A DNA stretch of 62,382 nt. It comes from a virus. Position 1 is the first letter of the stretch; every line of letters begins with the position of its first letter. This document shows positions 6,512-15,012 of the stretch, piece after piece. Made by a program: the position numbers and the translations under genes. Below the pieces are notes generated by a model. That model worked only from the letters and a program-made list of their open reading frames with translations. It made no database searches and had not been told where the DNA came from. The stretch is from IMG/VR virus record IMGVR_UViG_3300037418_002157, one strand, 5' to 3'.

Positions 6512-6618
6512 TAGGTCCCCCTAGCTCACCGCGGGCGCCCCCCACTGTGGTGTCCGGATATGACACCACACTTCCGAGTGGTATCGGGAGGGATTGAACG
6601 CAATCAGTGTGCAGCTAG

Positions 6619-7176
6619 TTACGAACCGTTCGCGGCTTTCGGTTCGTCACCCTCATCAGCGTCGGGAAGCCGATGAAGGTTCCGCTCCGCGCGACGCCAG
6701 GCGAGGAGCGCCTCCTGAATCTGCTCCGGCGTCGCATCTGGCTGGCCATGCACGATGACCGTCATGCGGGCACCGCTCAGGCCGGGCAGCTGGATGACGG
6801 CAGAGTCGAGCAGGGAATCGTCGCTCTCCAGTTCGTCAACGATCCGCAGAGGAAGTTTCTCGCGCAGCGTGTCCTTGCCGCGCTGCGCCCCTTCGTGCTC
6901 TTCGTCCGTGGACGATGCGGGCGACGGCTCTCCGCCGTGGAGAATGGCGATGCCGGAGCCGGTCGACCAGCCGATGTGCGGCTCGACTTTCGCGAGGCTC
7001 TGGGGGATACGCGAGCGGGGCGAGCCGCCCTCGAGGTTCTGGACGCTGCCCTCGCTGATGCCGGCGAGCTCGGCGAGGTTGACCTGCGTCAGTCCGCGTG
7101 CTTCGCGGGCCGCCCTGATTGCTGCCCCGAGCGCGGCCCACTGCAGTTTGGTCCGGTCCTCTGTCATGAGGGCCAT
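6619..7176 (-). CDS. CI-like repressor candidate, XRE HTH with a C-terminal domain of unknown type
   Basis: LGAAIRAAREARGLTQVNLAELAGISEGSVQNLEGG HTH. Divergent from the Cro-like gene. Start set at the internal ATG 7176 (7203 and 7167 are also possible). Confidence 0.8.
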   Translation of the reverse strand: MALMTEDRTKLQWAALGAAIRAAREARGLTQVNLAELAGISEGSVQNLEGGSPRSRIPQSLAKVEPHIGWSTGSGIAILHGGEPSPASSTDEEHEGAQRGKDTLREKLPLRIVDELESDDSLLDSAVIQLPGLSGARMTVIVHGQPDATPEQIQEALLAWRRAERNLHRLPDADEGDEPKAANGS

Positions 7177-7353
7177 GATGCCGCACGGTCTGGCAACACG
7201 CACCCACTACATCCCCCAATTGACCAGTATTGATCGTGCTTAGCCGGGGTTTTTTGTTGCTTCGTTGACGTCTCGTTGCGCTTGCGCCCCGTGCGTGCGC
7301 CCCTGCGCTCTGCGCATCTCTGGCCACAGGTTCTCGCATGGGACGGCATTGGG

Positions 7354-7449
7354 CACCCAACGAGACCAGAGAAACACCCAACGAACCCAGCGCAACACCT
7401 TGCTTGTTGCGGCTAGATGGGTCTACGTTGGGTCCTGTGAGACCCAACG
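7354..7449. promoter_or_regulatory. Operator candidates of the CI/Cro switch (4 copies of ACCCAACG)
   Basis: CACCCAACGA at 7354-7363 and 7375-7384, 21 bp apart. Perfect inverted pair CGTTGGGTC-ctgtga-GACCCAACG at 7426-7449, just upstream of the Cro-like start. Confidence 0.5.
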
Positions 7450-7457
7450 GAGCCGCA

Positions 7458-7655
7458 ATGAAGGCCATCCGCACGGCACGGGGGATCGGCCTGAGGCGGC
7501 TCGCCGAAGCCATCGGCAGAGATCCCGGCTACCTCTCCCGCGTCGAGGGCGACAAGCAGGGAGCAAGTGACCGGACCCTCCACCTCTATGCCGCGTACCT
7601 CGACGTGCCCATCGAGGCCATCACCGACAAGGAGAACCCCCGTGACCAGGAATGA
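7458..7655 (+). CDS. Cro-like XRE HTH protein (65 aa)
   Basis: MKAIRTARGIGLRRLAEAIGRDPGYLSRVEGDKQ. ORF track 7338..7655 trimmed to the ATG at 7458, which has an AACGGAG RBS. Confidence 0.75.
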   Translation: MKAIRTARGIGLRRLAEAIGRDPGYLSRVEGDKQGASDRTLHLYAAYLDVPIEAITDKENPRDQE

Positions 7656-7971
7656 CCTGGCTCCCCCCACCAAGCGCCGGATGTCGCTCAACGTGATCCT
7701 CATCGAGCGACTGACTGAGGCCGTCGAGCAGCTCGCGGTCGCCGCTGCGGCATCCGCCGAACTCGAGCTCAAGACGTACACGCCGGCACAGGCTGCGGAG
7801 CTGCTCGAAAAGACCGAGAACTGGGTCGTCGAAGCCATACAGGCCCGCCGCATTCCCTTCACCTACGTCGGCAAGTCGCCCCGCCTGACCGCGGCGCACA
7901 TCCGCTGGATTCAGCAGGAGGGCGAAGTGCTGCCTAGCAAGTACGCCCAGCCGCTCGCCGTCGCCTCCTGA
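7642..7971 (+). CDS. Excisionase/MerR-like HTH DNA-binding protein (Xis candidate, 109 aa)
   Basis: YTPAQAAELLEKTENWVVEAIQARRIPFTYVGKSPRLTAAHIRWI resembles excisionase-type HTH_17. GTG at 7642 has an AAGGAGA RBS. Confidence 0.6.
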   Translation: MTRNDLAPPTKRRMSLNVILIERLTEAVEQLAVAAAASAELELKTYTPAQAAELLEKTENWVVEAIQARRIPFTYVGKSPRLTAAHIRWIQQEGEVLPSKYAQPLAVAS

Positions 7972-8074
7972 CGGCAAAGCCCCCACCGCCGGGCTCTGAC
8001 ACACCGGCAGCAGGGGCGCCGCGGCCCAAGGCCGCGCGATCCACCCACACCATCCGTGAACAGAAGGGCGAACC

Positions 8075-8362
8075 GTGCCTACATCATCCACCACTCCAGC
8101 CCAAGGGACCATGACGGTCCGGGTGTGCGACCGCGGCACTGGCCGCGCCTACGTCGGCGTCGCGATCCGCACGGTGACGGTCTCGGACCGCTGTCCGCAG
8201 TGCGGCGGCCCGCGCGGCGTCGACACGATCCGCAACCACAACTTCCACGAGGACGGCGAGTGGCTGTCTGTGGACCGCTGGGACAACCCGTGCGGCCACG
8301 TCGACATGTACTCCGCCGTCCTGACTGAGGCCCGCGCCGCACAGACGGGCGGTGCGTCGTGA
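8075..8362 (+). CDS. Hypothetical protein, zinc-ribbon-like (CPQCG...CGH)
   Basis: ORF track. The alternative ATG at 8111 also has an RBS. Confidence 0.6.
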   Translation: MPTSSTTPAQGTMTVRVCDRGTGRAYVGVAIRTVTVSDRCPQCGGPRGVDTIRNHNFHEDGEWLSVDRWDNPCGHVDMYSAVLTEARAAQTGGAS

Positions 8363-8622
8363 GCGACCTGACCGAGTTCGACCGCCTGACTTCCAACGTC
8401 CCCGTCATCTCGCCGTGGATGGCGATGTGGAACGAGGCGGAGGAGATGCTCCGCGCCGCGCATCCGGAGGGCTTCGAGGTCGAGGAGATCGGCCGCGTCG
8501 CGTTCGGCAGCCTGCCGGAGTCGGAGCGGGAGGAGGCGCTCGACTGCCTCTTCTACACGTTCTGGGCGGCGACGCTCGCCGACCGCGAAACCCGCGCCGC
8601 GTGGGGCGGTGAGGAGCGATGA
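8359..8622 (+). CDS. Hypothetical protein (87 aa)
   Basis: ORF track. GTGA coupling. Confidence 0.6.
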   Translation: MSDLTEFDRLTSNVPVISPWMAMWNEAEEMLRAAHPEGFEVEEIGRVAFGSLPESEREEALDCLFYTFWAATLADRETRAAWGGEER

Positions 8623-8816
8623 CGTTCCCCGCCCCCTCCCCCCTGCCGGACCTTGAGCAGCAGATTTCCGAGCTTCGCGCGCACGCCGTGCAGCACCTGG
8701 CCGAGCGCGGCGAGACGCCCACGGCCGAGCACTGGGTGCAGTGGCACGAGTTCCTCGACATCGACCCCGACCTCCGCGGCCGGGACTACACCCCGCACGC
8801 CAAGGAGACGCTGTGA
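8619..8816 (+). CDS. Hypothetical protein (65 aa)
   Basis: ORF track. ATGA coupling. Confidence 0.6.
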   Translation: MTFPAPSPLPDLEQQISELRAHAVQHLAERGETPTAEHWVQWHEFLDIDPDLRGRDYTPHAKETL

Positions 8817-9064
8817 CTGCCCAGTTCTACGGAGGCGTCAGCCTCGATCTGCTCGACGGCCCGGTCCGTACCGAGTACTCGCGCAGCGACTTCGACGGCA
8901 AGCTGACCGCCCGTCTGATCCTCGGCGAGGGCACCCAGTCGATCGCCGTGTCCGTGACCCGATCGACGCCGGCAATGCTCGCCGAGTTGCAGGAGGCGGT
9001 TGCCGAGTTGGCCGCCTGGGTGAAGCGGCAGGAGCAGCTGCGCAGCCTCCCGGAGGTGGCGTGA
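8813..9064 (+). CDS. Hypothetical protein (83 aa)
   Basis: ORF track 8741..9064 trimmed to the GTG at 8813, which overlaps the upstream stop. Confidence 0.55.
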   Translation: MTAQFYGGVSLDLLDGPVRTEYSRSDFDGKLTARLILGEGTQSIAVSVTRSTPAMLAELQEAVAELAAWVKRQEQLRSLPEVA

Positions 9065-9222
9065 TGCGTGCTCTCGCCGACATCACCGAGGACGCGCTGG
9101 CCCGCGTCGACGCCGAGGCGCACCGCGAGTTCGGTGACGACGAGTCGACGTGGCAGCCCGGCGCCTGGCGCGAGTACTTCCTCAACCTCGACGCCGCCCG
9201 CCTCGACCCCGAGGTGGCGTGA
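9064..9222 (+). CDS. Hypothetical protein (52 aa)
   Basis: Tail of ORF 8653..9222 from the ATG at 9064 (MRALADITEDALARV...). Coupled starts and stops on both sides. Confidence 0.5.
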   Translation: MRALADITEDALARVDAEAHREFGDDESTWQPGAWREYFLNLDAARLDPEVA

Positions 9223-9455
9223 TGGCCGCCGTCGCCCGTATCGCCGCCCCGCTGGCCCGCCTGCTGCGCCGCCCCCAGCCCCGTACCGCGTCCGTGGACT
9301 CCCTCGGCGTAGTCCTGGCCGCCGCGTCGGAGACCGGCGCCGTGATCACCGTCCCCGGGCTTGCCGCCTGGCTCGGCTGGACACCGCCCGAACCCGACGA
9401 CGCCGTCAACTCCTACGACGCCTACCTCCTCCAGCTCAGCCAGGAGGCGTCGTGA
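9222..9455 (+). CDS. Hypothetical protein (77 aa)
   Basis: ORF track 9150..9455 trimmed to the ATG at 9222, which overlaps the upstream TGA. Confidence 0.55.
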   Translation: MAAVARIAAPLARLLRRPQPRTASVDSLGVVLAAASETGAVITVPGLAAWLGWTPPEPDDAVNSYDAYLLQLSQEAS

Positions 9456-9544
9456 TCGCAGCTCTGCTGCCCGCTGTCGTGGTGGCGGTGGTGTGGCTGG
9501 CCGTGGTCGAGGCGACCGCGCGACGCCGCCGAGGCCGACCGTGA
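9452..9544 (+). CDS. Small membrane protein (30 aa)
   Basis: GTG at 9452 with a CAGGAGG RBS. VIAALLPAVVVAVVWLAVVEATARRRRGRP is one TM helix followed by a basic tail. Coupled at both ends. Confidence 0.45.
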   Translation: MIAALLPAVVVAVVWLAVVEATARRRRGRP

Positions 9545-9717
9545 CCGCCCCACTCCCGTCGCCGTACCGGTCGCCGATCGCGGGCCTGTTCAACACGCTC
9601 GTCGCACTGGCGATCCGCCTCCTCGACCTGCGAGCCCTCGAACTCGAAGCCGACATCGCCATCGCCACCGACCTCAACCAGCGCCTCAAGACCAACACCC
9701 CTGGGGGAACCGAATGA
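9541..9717 (+). CDS. Hypothetical protein (58 aa)
   Basis: ORF track 9361..9717 trimmed to the coupled GTG at 9541. Confidence 0.5.
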   Translation: MTAPLPSPYRSPIAGLFNTLVALAIRLLDLRALELEADIAIATDLNQRLKTNTPGGTE

Positions 9718-10175
9718 CCCGCGAACTGCCGCACAACCCGTACATCGACGCCGTGGAAGCCGCACTGACCGAAGCCAAGATGGAGCCCGAGCAGGCCGAC
9801 GCCTTCGTCGAAGACTCCTACGACGTGCCCTACCTGCGCGGCGTCATCACCCTCACGCCCGAAACCTCCAGCATCCCGGACCGGTTCAGGCACGGCCTAA
9901 TCCTCGTCTGGGACTGGCACACCGGACGCGACGAGGACTACGACCGCGGCCCGGTCTGGCAGTGGGCCCGGCTGGTCGACGACCACGGTCAGAGCCAGCT
10001 GCCCGAGCCGCTGCCCGTGCCCGGCTGGGTCGCACCGCCGATGCTCGCCGCAGCGGTCGCCACCCTCGCCCACACCGGCATGGCCACTTCGATGAACAGC
10101 GTGTGGCACGACCACCTCCGCAAGCCCGTTGAGGCCGCGTGTGAGGCGTGGGGCGCCACCGGGGCCGCGTCGTGA
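9714..10175 (+). CDS. Hypothetical protein (153 aa)
   Basis: ORF track. ATGA coupling. High GC3. Confidence 0.65.
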   Translation: MTRELPHNPYIDAVEAALTEAKMEPEQADAFVEDSYDVPYLRGVITLTPETSSIPDRFRHGLILVWDWHTGRDEDYDRGPVWQWARLVDDHGQSQLPEPLPVPGWVAPPMLAAAVATLAHTGMATSMNSVWHDHLRKPVEAACEAWGATGAAS

Positions 10176-10276
10176 GCGCCGCCCTGTGGGCCGGCTGCGG
10201 GCTCATCGGCTTCGGCTGGCTGCTGCTCGTCACCCGCGAAATCCGCCACCTACTGACCGCCGAGGAGGACCAGTGA
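10172..10276 (+). CDS. Small membrane protein (34 aa)
   Basis: Coupled GTG. VSAALWAGCGLIGFGWLLLVTREIRHLLTAEEDQ. Confidence 0.45.
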   Translation: MSAALWAGCGLIGFGWLLLVTREIRHLLTAEEDQ

Positions 10277-10677
10277 ACGTCGCCAGCCTCCTGCCGATCC
10301 GCCTCGGCCTGTTCGACAAGCCCACCGGTAAGCGCCGCCAGGACGACACGGTCGATCTGCTGCAGTGCAAGCTGACCGGCGCCCGAATGCTCATCAAAGG
10401 CCTGCGTCTCCAGCTCGACGACCAGGCGCATGAGCACGCGGAGACCATCGCCCGCATCGAAGACCGCCACGGCGAGACCGTCCGCGGCCTGGAACAGCAG
10501 ATCGCCGACCTCGAAGAGCGCCTGAAGGTGGGCGTCCTCGCCGAGTCCGTCGTCACCAAGACGCAGGAGCTCAGCCTCGACGAGATCCAGCGGCACTGCG
10601 TGATGCCACTGCACCAGGCCCGCACTGCCGGATTCTTCGAGCCCGTCACCGACCCCGGCCAGTACCGCACCCCCTGA
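10273..10677 (+). CDS. Hypothetical coiled-coil protein (134 aa)
   Basis: ORF track 10129..10677 trimmed to the coupled GTG at 10273. Confidence 0.6.
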   Translation: MNVASLLPIRLGLFDKPTGKRRQDDTVDLLQCKLTGARMLIKGLRLQLDDQAHEHAETIARIEDRHGETVRGLEQQIADLEERLKVGVLAESVVTKTQELSLDEIQRHCVMPLHQARTAGFFEPVTDPGQYRTP

Positions 10678-10680
10678 CCC

Positions 10681-10818
10681 GCCGGCCTGCGCGGTGCACC
10701 CTCCCGCACAGGCCGGCGCCAACAGCCACCCATAGACGCGGTGTCGAGCGCCTTCCCCCAAGCGCTCCACCGCAGCCGGAGCCTCCGCCCCGCCACATCC
10801 CCCCGACGGGGCGGAGGC
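10681..10818 (+). terminator. Two strong tandem stem-loops inside the early operon
   Basis: Hairpin 10681-10717 (gccggcctg.gcgg / ccgc.caggccggc). Perfect 12-bp hairpin 10781-10818 (gcctccgccccg / cggggcggaggc). No T-tracts. Confidence 0.45.
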
Positions 10819-10848
10819 CTGGCACCCCACACCCAACTGGAGAAGACC

Positions 10849-11190
10849 ATGCGCCACAACGGCACAACGGACACCACCAAGAACACCACTCTCACCGCGG
10901 GCGACCGGCTCAAGCAGCAGGGCATGGCCGACGCCGACGACGCCACCGACGACGACTGGAAAGGCCGCTGCGACGACGCGATCGACGCGATGGCCCGCCG
11001 CGGGGTCCCCTTCCAGGCCTCCGACCTGGTCGAGCTCGGCCTCATCGAGGACCCGCCGAACCATCACCAGTGGGGGCCGCGCTTCTCCTACGCCGCCCGC
11101 CGCGGCGTCATCCGCGAAGCCGCCGCCACCAAATCCAAGCGCCCCACCTCCCACAGCTCCCGACTCGTCACCTGGATCGGCGCCGCATGA
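10849..11190 (+). CDS. Hypothetical protein (113 aa)
   Basis: ORF track 10741..11190 trimmed to the ATG at 10849, preceded by CTGGAGAAG. Confidence 0.6.
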   Translation: MRHNGTTDTTKNTTLTAGDRLKQQGMADADDATDDDWKGRCDDAIDAMARRGVPFQASDLVELGLIEDPPNHHQWGPRFSYAARRGVIREAAATKSKRPTSHSSRLVTWIGAA

Positions 11191-11414
11191 ACGACACCCT
11201 GCAGACCGCACTCGCCTGGTTCGGCGGCATCAGCGCCCTCGGCTACCTCGCCGTCGGTGCCTGGATCACCGCCATCGGCGTGCATGAAGCCCGCCGCATC
11301 GAGGCCGAGCGCCGGCGGCTCCGTGCCCGCCGAACACCCATCACCGAAGCCGAGATCAACGCCGTCGACTTCGACGCCAAACTCGCCCGACTGATCAAGG
11401 AGGACGGCCGATGA
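11187..11414 (+). CDS. Membrane protein (75 aa)
   Basis: ATGA-coupled start. TM helix ALAWFGGISALGYLAVGAWITAIGV. Confidence 0.55.
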   Translation: MNDTLQTALAWFGGISALGYLAVGAWITAIGVHEARRIEAERRRLRARRTPITEAEINAVDFDAKLARLIKEDGR

Positions 11415-11782
11415 GCGCCGCCAAGAAAAAAGGCACCGCCGCCGAGACGGCCGTCGTCACTTACCTCCGCGCAATGGGCTTCGCCCAGGCCGAACGCCGC
11501 ACCCTGAACGGCAACAAGGACCGCGGGGACATCGCCGGCCTGCCCGGCATCGTCATCGAGGTGAAGAACTGCGCTCGGCAGGAACTCGCCGCCTGGGTGC
11601 AGGAAGCGGAGCTCGAGCGCGACAACGACAACGCATCGCTCGGCGCCGTCTGGCACAAGCTCCGCGGCAAGGCCCACCCCGCCGACTGGTTCGTCACCAT
11701 GAGCGGCGAGCAGTTCGTCCATCTGCTGCGCGAGTTCATGGAAATGCCGCCCCTCGAGGTCGAGGGTGGTGAAGCAGCGTGA
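11411..11782 (+). CDS. PD-(D/E)xK nuclease, Hjc-like Holliday-junction resolvase candidate
   Basis: GTAAETAVVTYLRAMGF...DRGDIAGLPGIVIEVKN fits the E...D...ExK nuclease core. Confidence 0.55.
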   Translation: MSAAKKKGTAAETAVVTYLRAMGFAQAERRTLNGNKDRGDIAGLPGIVIEVKNCARQELAAWVQEAELERDNDNASLGAVWHKLRGKAHPADWFVTMSGEQFVHLLREFMEMPPLEVEGGEAA

Positions 11783-13245
11783 TCACCCTGACCGACCTGT
11801 TCTGCGGGGCCGGCGGCTCCTCGACCGGCGCCATCCAGATCCCTGGCGTCGAGGTCGTCATGGCCGCGAACCACTCGCGGCATGCCATCAACACGCACCA
11901 GGCAAACCACCCGAACACCCGACACGACTGCGCGGACATCTCCCAGGTGGTGCCGACCCGGTACCCGAAGACCGACATCCTGTGGGCCTCACCGGAGTGC
12001 ACGAACCACTCCAACGCGAAGGGCGTGACCCGCGATCACGGGGAGTGGGACGACGGCCTGTTCGCCCCGGACGGCACTGACGAGGCAGCCATCCGCTCCC
12101 GCGCCACGATGTGGGACGTTCCCCGGTTCGCCGAGGCGCACAAGTACCGGATCATCATTGTCGAGAACGTCGTCGAATCCCGCTGGTGGGGGCCAAAGAG
12201 CCGCCCAGGCGCGATCTACGAGTCGTGGCTGTACACAATGAAGCACGGCCTCGGCTACCACCACCGCGCCGTCTACCTGAACAGCATGTTCGCCCAGGCC
12301 CTGGGCGACGGTGCAGCGCAGAACCGCGACCGCAAGTACGACGTGTTCTGGCCGGAGGGTGAGCGAGCACCGGACTTCGACAAGTGGCTGCGGCCCTACG
12401 CGGTCTGCCAAATGCACGGCACGGTGCGCGCCATTCAGGCGTGGAAGACCACCCAAAAGTGCAGCCCACTGAAGCCGTGGGGCCGGTACGGCACCCGCAA
12501 CCAGTACCTGTGGCGGTGCCCGCGCGTCGAGTGCCGCAACGCAATCGTCGAACCTGTGGTGCGGGCCGCGCACGAGATCATCGACTGGTCGCTGCCCGCG
12601 GTCGCCATCAAGGATCGCAAGGAAGCAGGGCTGGACCCGCTGGCCCCGGCAACAATGCGCAGGATCCGGGCTGGCTTTGAGCAGTTCGCCCGCCCCTATC
12701 TGGTCCCGGTGGAGGGTCGGGAGGGCAAGCAGCCGCTGTCGATCGACGCTCCGATGCGGACCTGCTCGACGCGCAACGAGACCGGTCTCGCCGTTCCGCC
12801 GTACATGGTCGAGTTGCGCGGCGGATCGTCATCGCACCGGGCGATCACCGAGCCGACCGCGACGGTCTGCGCGGGCGGGAACCACCTGTACCTGGCCGCG
12901 CCCGACATGGTGCTGCCGTACTACAGCAACTCCATGGCCCGGCCGGCTTTCGAGCCGCTGCCGACGGTGACCACGGTGGAAGGCGCCGCGGCGCTGCAGG
13001 GGGGCCGGGCGGAATCGGCGGAGGACATGCGGTTCCGGATGCTCGAGCCGCACGAGTACCAGGCCGCAATGGAGTTCCCCGCCGAGTACATCCTCACCCC
13101 GCGCGACAAGCGGACCAAGGTGAAGATGCTGGGCAATGCCGTCACCCCGAACGCCGCCCGGGATCTGGTCGCGATGGCCGTCGAGGCGTTGACCGGCGAG
13201 GACATCGCCCGCTGCGCGGAGCCGGAAATGGCGGTGGCGGCGTGA
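11779..13245 (+). CDS. DNA (cytosine-5)-methyltransferase
   Basis: Motif I DLFCGAGGSSTG, motif IV-like WASPECTNHS, IIIVENV, and a C-terminal LGNAVTPNAARDL. Confidence 0.88.
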   Translation: MITLTDLFCGAGGSSTGAIQIPGVEVVMAANHSRHAINTHQANHPNTRHDCADISQVVPTRYPKTDILWASPECTNHSNAKGVTRDHGEWDDGLFAPDGTDEAAIRSRATMWDVPRFAEAHKYRIIIVENVVESRWWGPKSRPGAIYESWLYTMKHGLGYHHRAVYLNSMFAQALGDGAAQNRDRKYDVFWPEGERAPDFDKWLRPYAVCQMHGTVRAIQAWKTTQKCSPLKPWGRYGTRNQYLWRCPRVECRNAIVEPVVRAAHEIIDWSLPAVAIKDRKEAGLDPLAPATMRRIRAGFEQFARPYLVPVEGREGKQPLSIDAPMRTCSTRNETGLAVPPYMVELRGGSSSHRAITEPTATVCAGGNHLYLAAPDMVLPYYSNSMARPAFEPLPTVTTVEGAAALQGGRAESAEDMRFRMLEPHEYQAAMEFPAEYILTPRDKRTKVKMLGNAVTPNAARDLVAMAVEALTGEDIARCAEPEMAVAA

Positions 13246-13448
13246 CCGAGCAGCCGACCGTCATCACCGGTATCCGTCCCGGTCTCGACATCCGCGGACT
13301 CGACCGCAATCAGATCCCCGTCGCCGACTGGCTGTGCTCCTGCGGCCACCACGAGCGTGCCCGCGGCGACGACGCCGCCCGCGAACTCTGCGCCCGCGTC
13401 CGCGTCGGCCACTGCCCCCACACCATCACGGCCAAGGAGGCGGCGTGA
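13242..13448 (+). CDS. Hypothetical protein (68 aa), Cys/His-rich
   Basis: ORF track. Coupled start. Confidence 0.55.
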   Translation: MTEQPTVITGIRPGLDIRGLDRNQIPVADWLCSCGHHERARGDDAARELCARVRVGHCPHTITAKEAA

Positions 13449-14236
13449 CGTTCACCCAGCCCGCCGGAACCATCACCGAGCACGAGACGAGCGCCGGCTC
13501 CGCCATCGCCCAAATGATCCGCACCCTCATTGTCGACACCGCCAACAATGCCCCCCGCTCAAGGCAGCGCCGCATCGGACCGTCCGAGGTCGGCAACCCC
13601 TGCACGCGTGCCCTCGCCTACAAAGTCCTCGACTGGCCGGAGGTGCCCGGCGCGGACCGGGACCCGTGGGCCAGCATCCAGGGCACCGCCGTCCACGCCT
13701 GGATGGCCGAACTGTTCGAGAAGCGCGACCCCAACGGTGAGCGCTACCTCGTCGAGAAGCGGGTCACCGTCCGCAAGGGCTACACCTACGACTCCACCGT
13801 CGCCGGATCCGCCGACCTGTACGACAAGGCCAGCGGCACCGTCTACGACTGGAAGATCACCGGCGTGTCGTCGCTGCAGAAATACCGACGCCACGGGCCC
13901 GGCGACCAGTACCGCATCCAGGCCAACCTGTACGGGCTCGGCATGGAAAACGCGGGCGAGAAGCCCCAAAGGGTCGCCATCGTCTTCCTCCCCCGGCATC
14001 ACGTCCTCGAGCCCTACGTGTGGGTCGACGACTACCGGCGCGACGTCGCCGAGCAGGCCCTCGCCCGCCTCGACGCGATCCGTGAACTCGTCCTCAAGCT
14101 CGACCCGGAAAAAACCCCGCAGCACTTCGGGCTGTTCCCCACCGACCCCAAAGCCCGCTGCGTGTTCTGCCCCTGGCACAAGCCCGGCGCCACCGACCTC
14201 AGCCAGGGCTGCCCCGGGATCACCAAGTCCTCCTGA
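13445..14236 (+). CDS. Cas4/RecB-like PD-(D/E)xK exonuclease with Cys cluster
   Basis: N-terminal Cys (GNPCTRAL). GSADLYD...YDWKITG (D...D.K). QANLY (QxxxY). C-terminal CVFCPW...C. ORF 13334..14236 trimmed to the GTG at 13445. Confidence 0.7.
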   Translation: MTFTQPAGTITEHETSAGSAIAQMIRTLIVDTANNAPRSRQRRIGPSEVGNPCTRALAYKVLDWPEVPGADRDPWASIQGTAVHAWMAELFEKRDPNGERYLVEKRVTVRKGYTYDSTVAGSADLYDKASGTVYDWKITGVSSLQKYRRHGPGDQYRIQANLYGLGMENAGEKPQRVAIVFLPRHHVLEPYVWVDDYRRDVAEQALARLDAIRELVLKLDPEKTPQHFGLFPTDPKARCVFCPWHKPGATDLSQGCPGITKSS

Positions 14237-14318
14237 CCGCACCGCGGTTCAGGACGCACCAATCCCGCACGGCAACACAGCCGCCCGGGACAAACGCACA
14301 CAGCACTCAAGGAGAACC

Positions 14319-14909
14319 ATGTTCAACCAGCCCACCGAGGCAGCGTTCGGCGGATTCTTCAAGCCCGCCGAGCACAACGGCCACCTCGTGCTGATCACCG
14401 TCGTCCACGGCATCGGCAAGAAGTTCGACACCCTCCGCAACGAGGAGATCGACCAGGCCGACGTCGACGTCGTCGACCTCGACGGCGACAACCAACTGCG
14501 CGAACACGTCAACATCACCCACAAGGCGATCGTCTCCCGCCTCACCCCCGGCGCCACGCTGATCCTCGGCCGCATCGGACAGGTCCCCACCAAATCCGGC
14601 TTCCAGGCCTGGGCGCTCAACCCGTTCAACGAGGGCGTCGACGACAGGAAAGCCGAGGCGTGGGTCAACGCCAACAAGCCGACGTTCACCCAGGCCGCGC
14701 CGCCCCCCGCCGCTCCGCAGCCGACGGCCGCACCCGCAGCCCCGACCCCGGCGCAGGCTCCGGCAGCGCAGCCGCCGGTCAACACGGCCACCGGTGAGAT
14801 CGCGGGCGGCGTCGACCTCAACGACCCGGCCGTGCAGGCCCTGCTCGCGCAGATCAACGGCGGCCAGGTGCAGGCCGCGGCACCGCAGTCCGGCGTCGCA
14901 CCGTTCTGA
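14319..14909 (+). CDS. Hypothetical protein (196 aa) with a Pro/Ala-rich linker
   Basis: Tail of ORF 13530..14909 from the ATG at 14319, with an AAGGAGAA RBS. Globular N-domain, then an AAPPPAAPQPTAAPAAP linker. Confidence 0.65.
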   Translation: MFNQPTEAAFGGFFKPAEHNGHLVLITVVHGIGKKFDTLRNEEIDQADVDVVDLDGDNQLREHVNITHKAIVSRLTPGATLILGRIGQVPTKSGFQAWALNPFNEGVDDRKAEAWVNANKPTFTQAAPPPAAPQPTAAPAAPTPAQAPAAQPPVNTATGEIAGGVDLNDPAVQALLAQINGGQVQAAAPQSGVAPF

Positions 14910-15012
14910 CCCATCCTCAACCGCCCGCCCGGTAGCCAGGCCGGCGCCCCGAGTTCAACGCCGGGGCGGGCGCGAAGCCCCAGCTTCCGCATCGGTCCGC
15001 AAGGAGACACAC

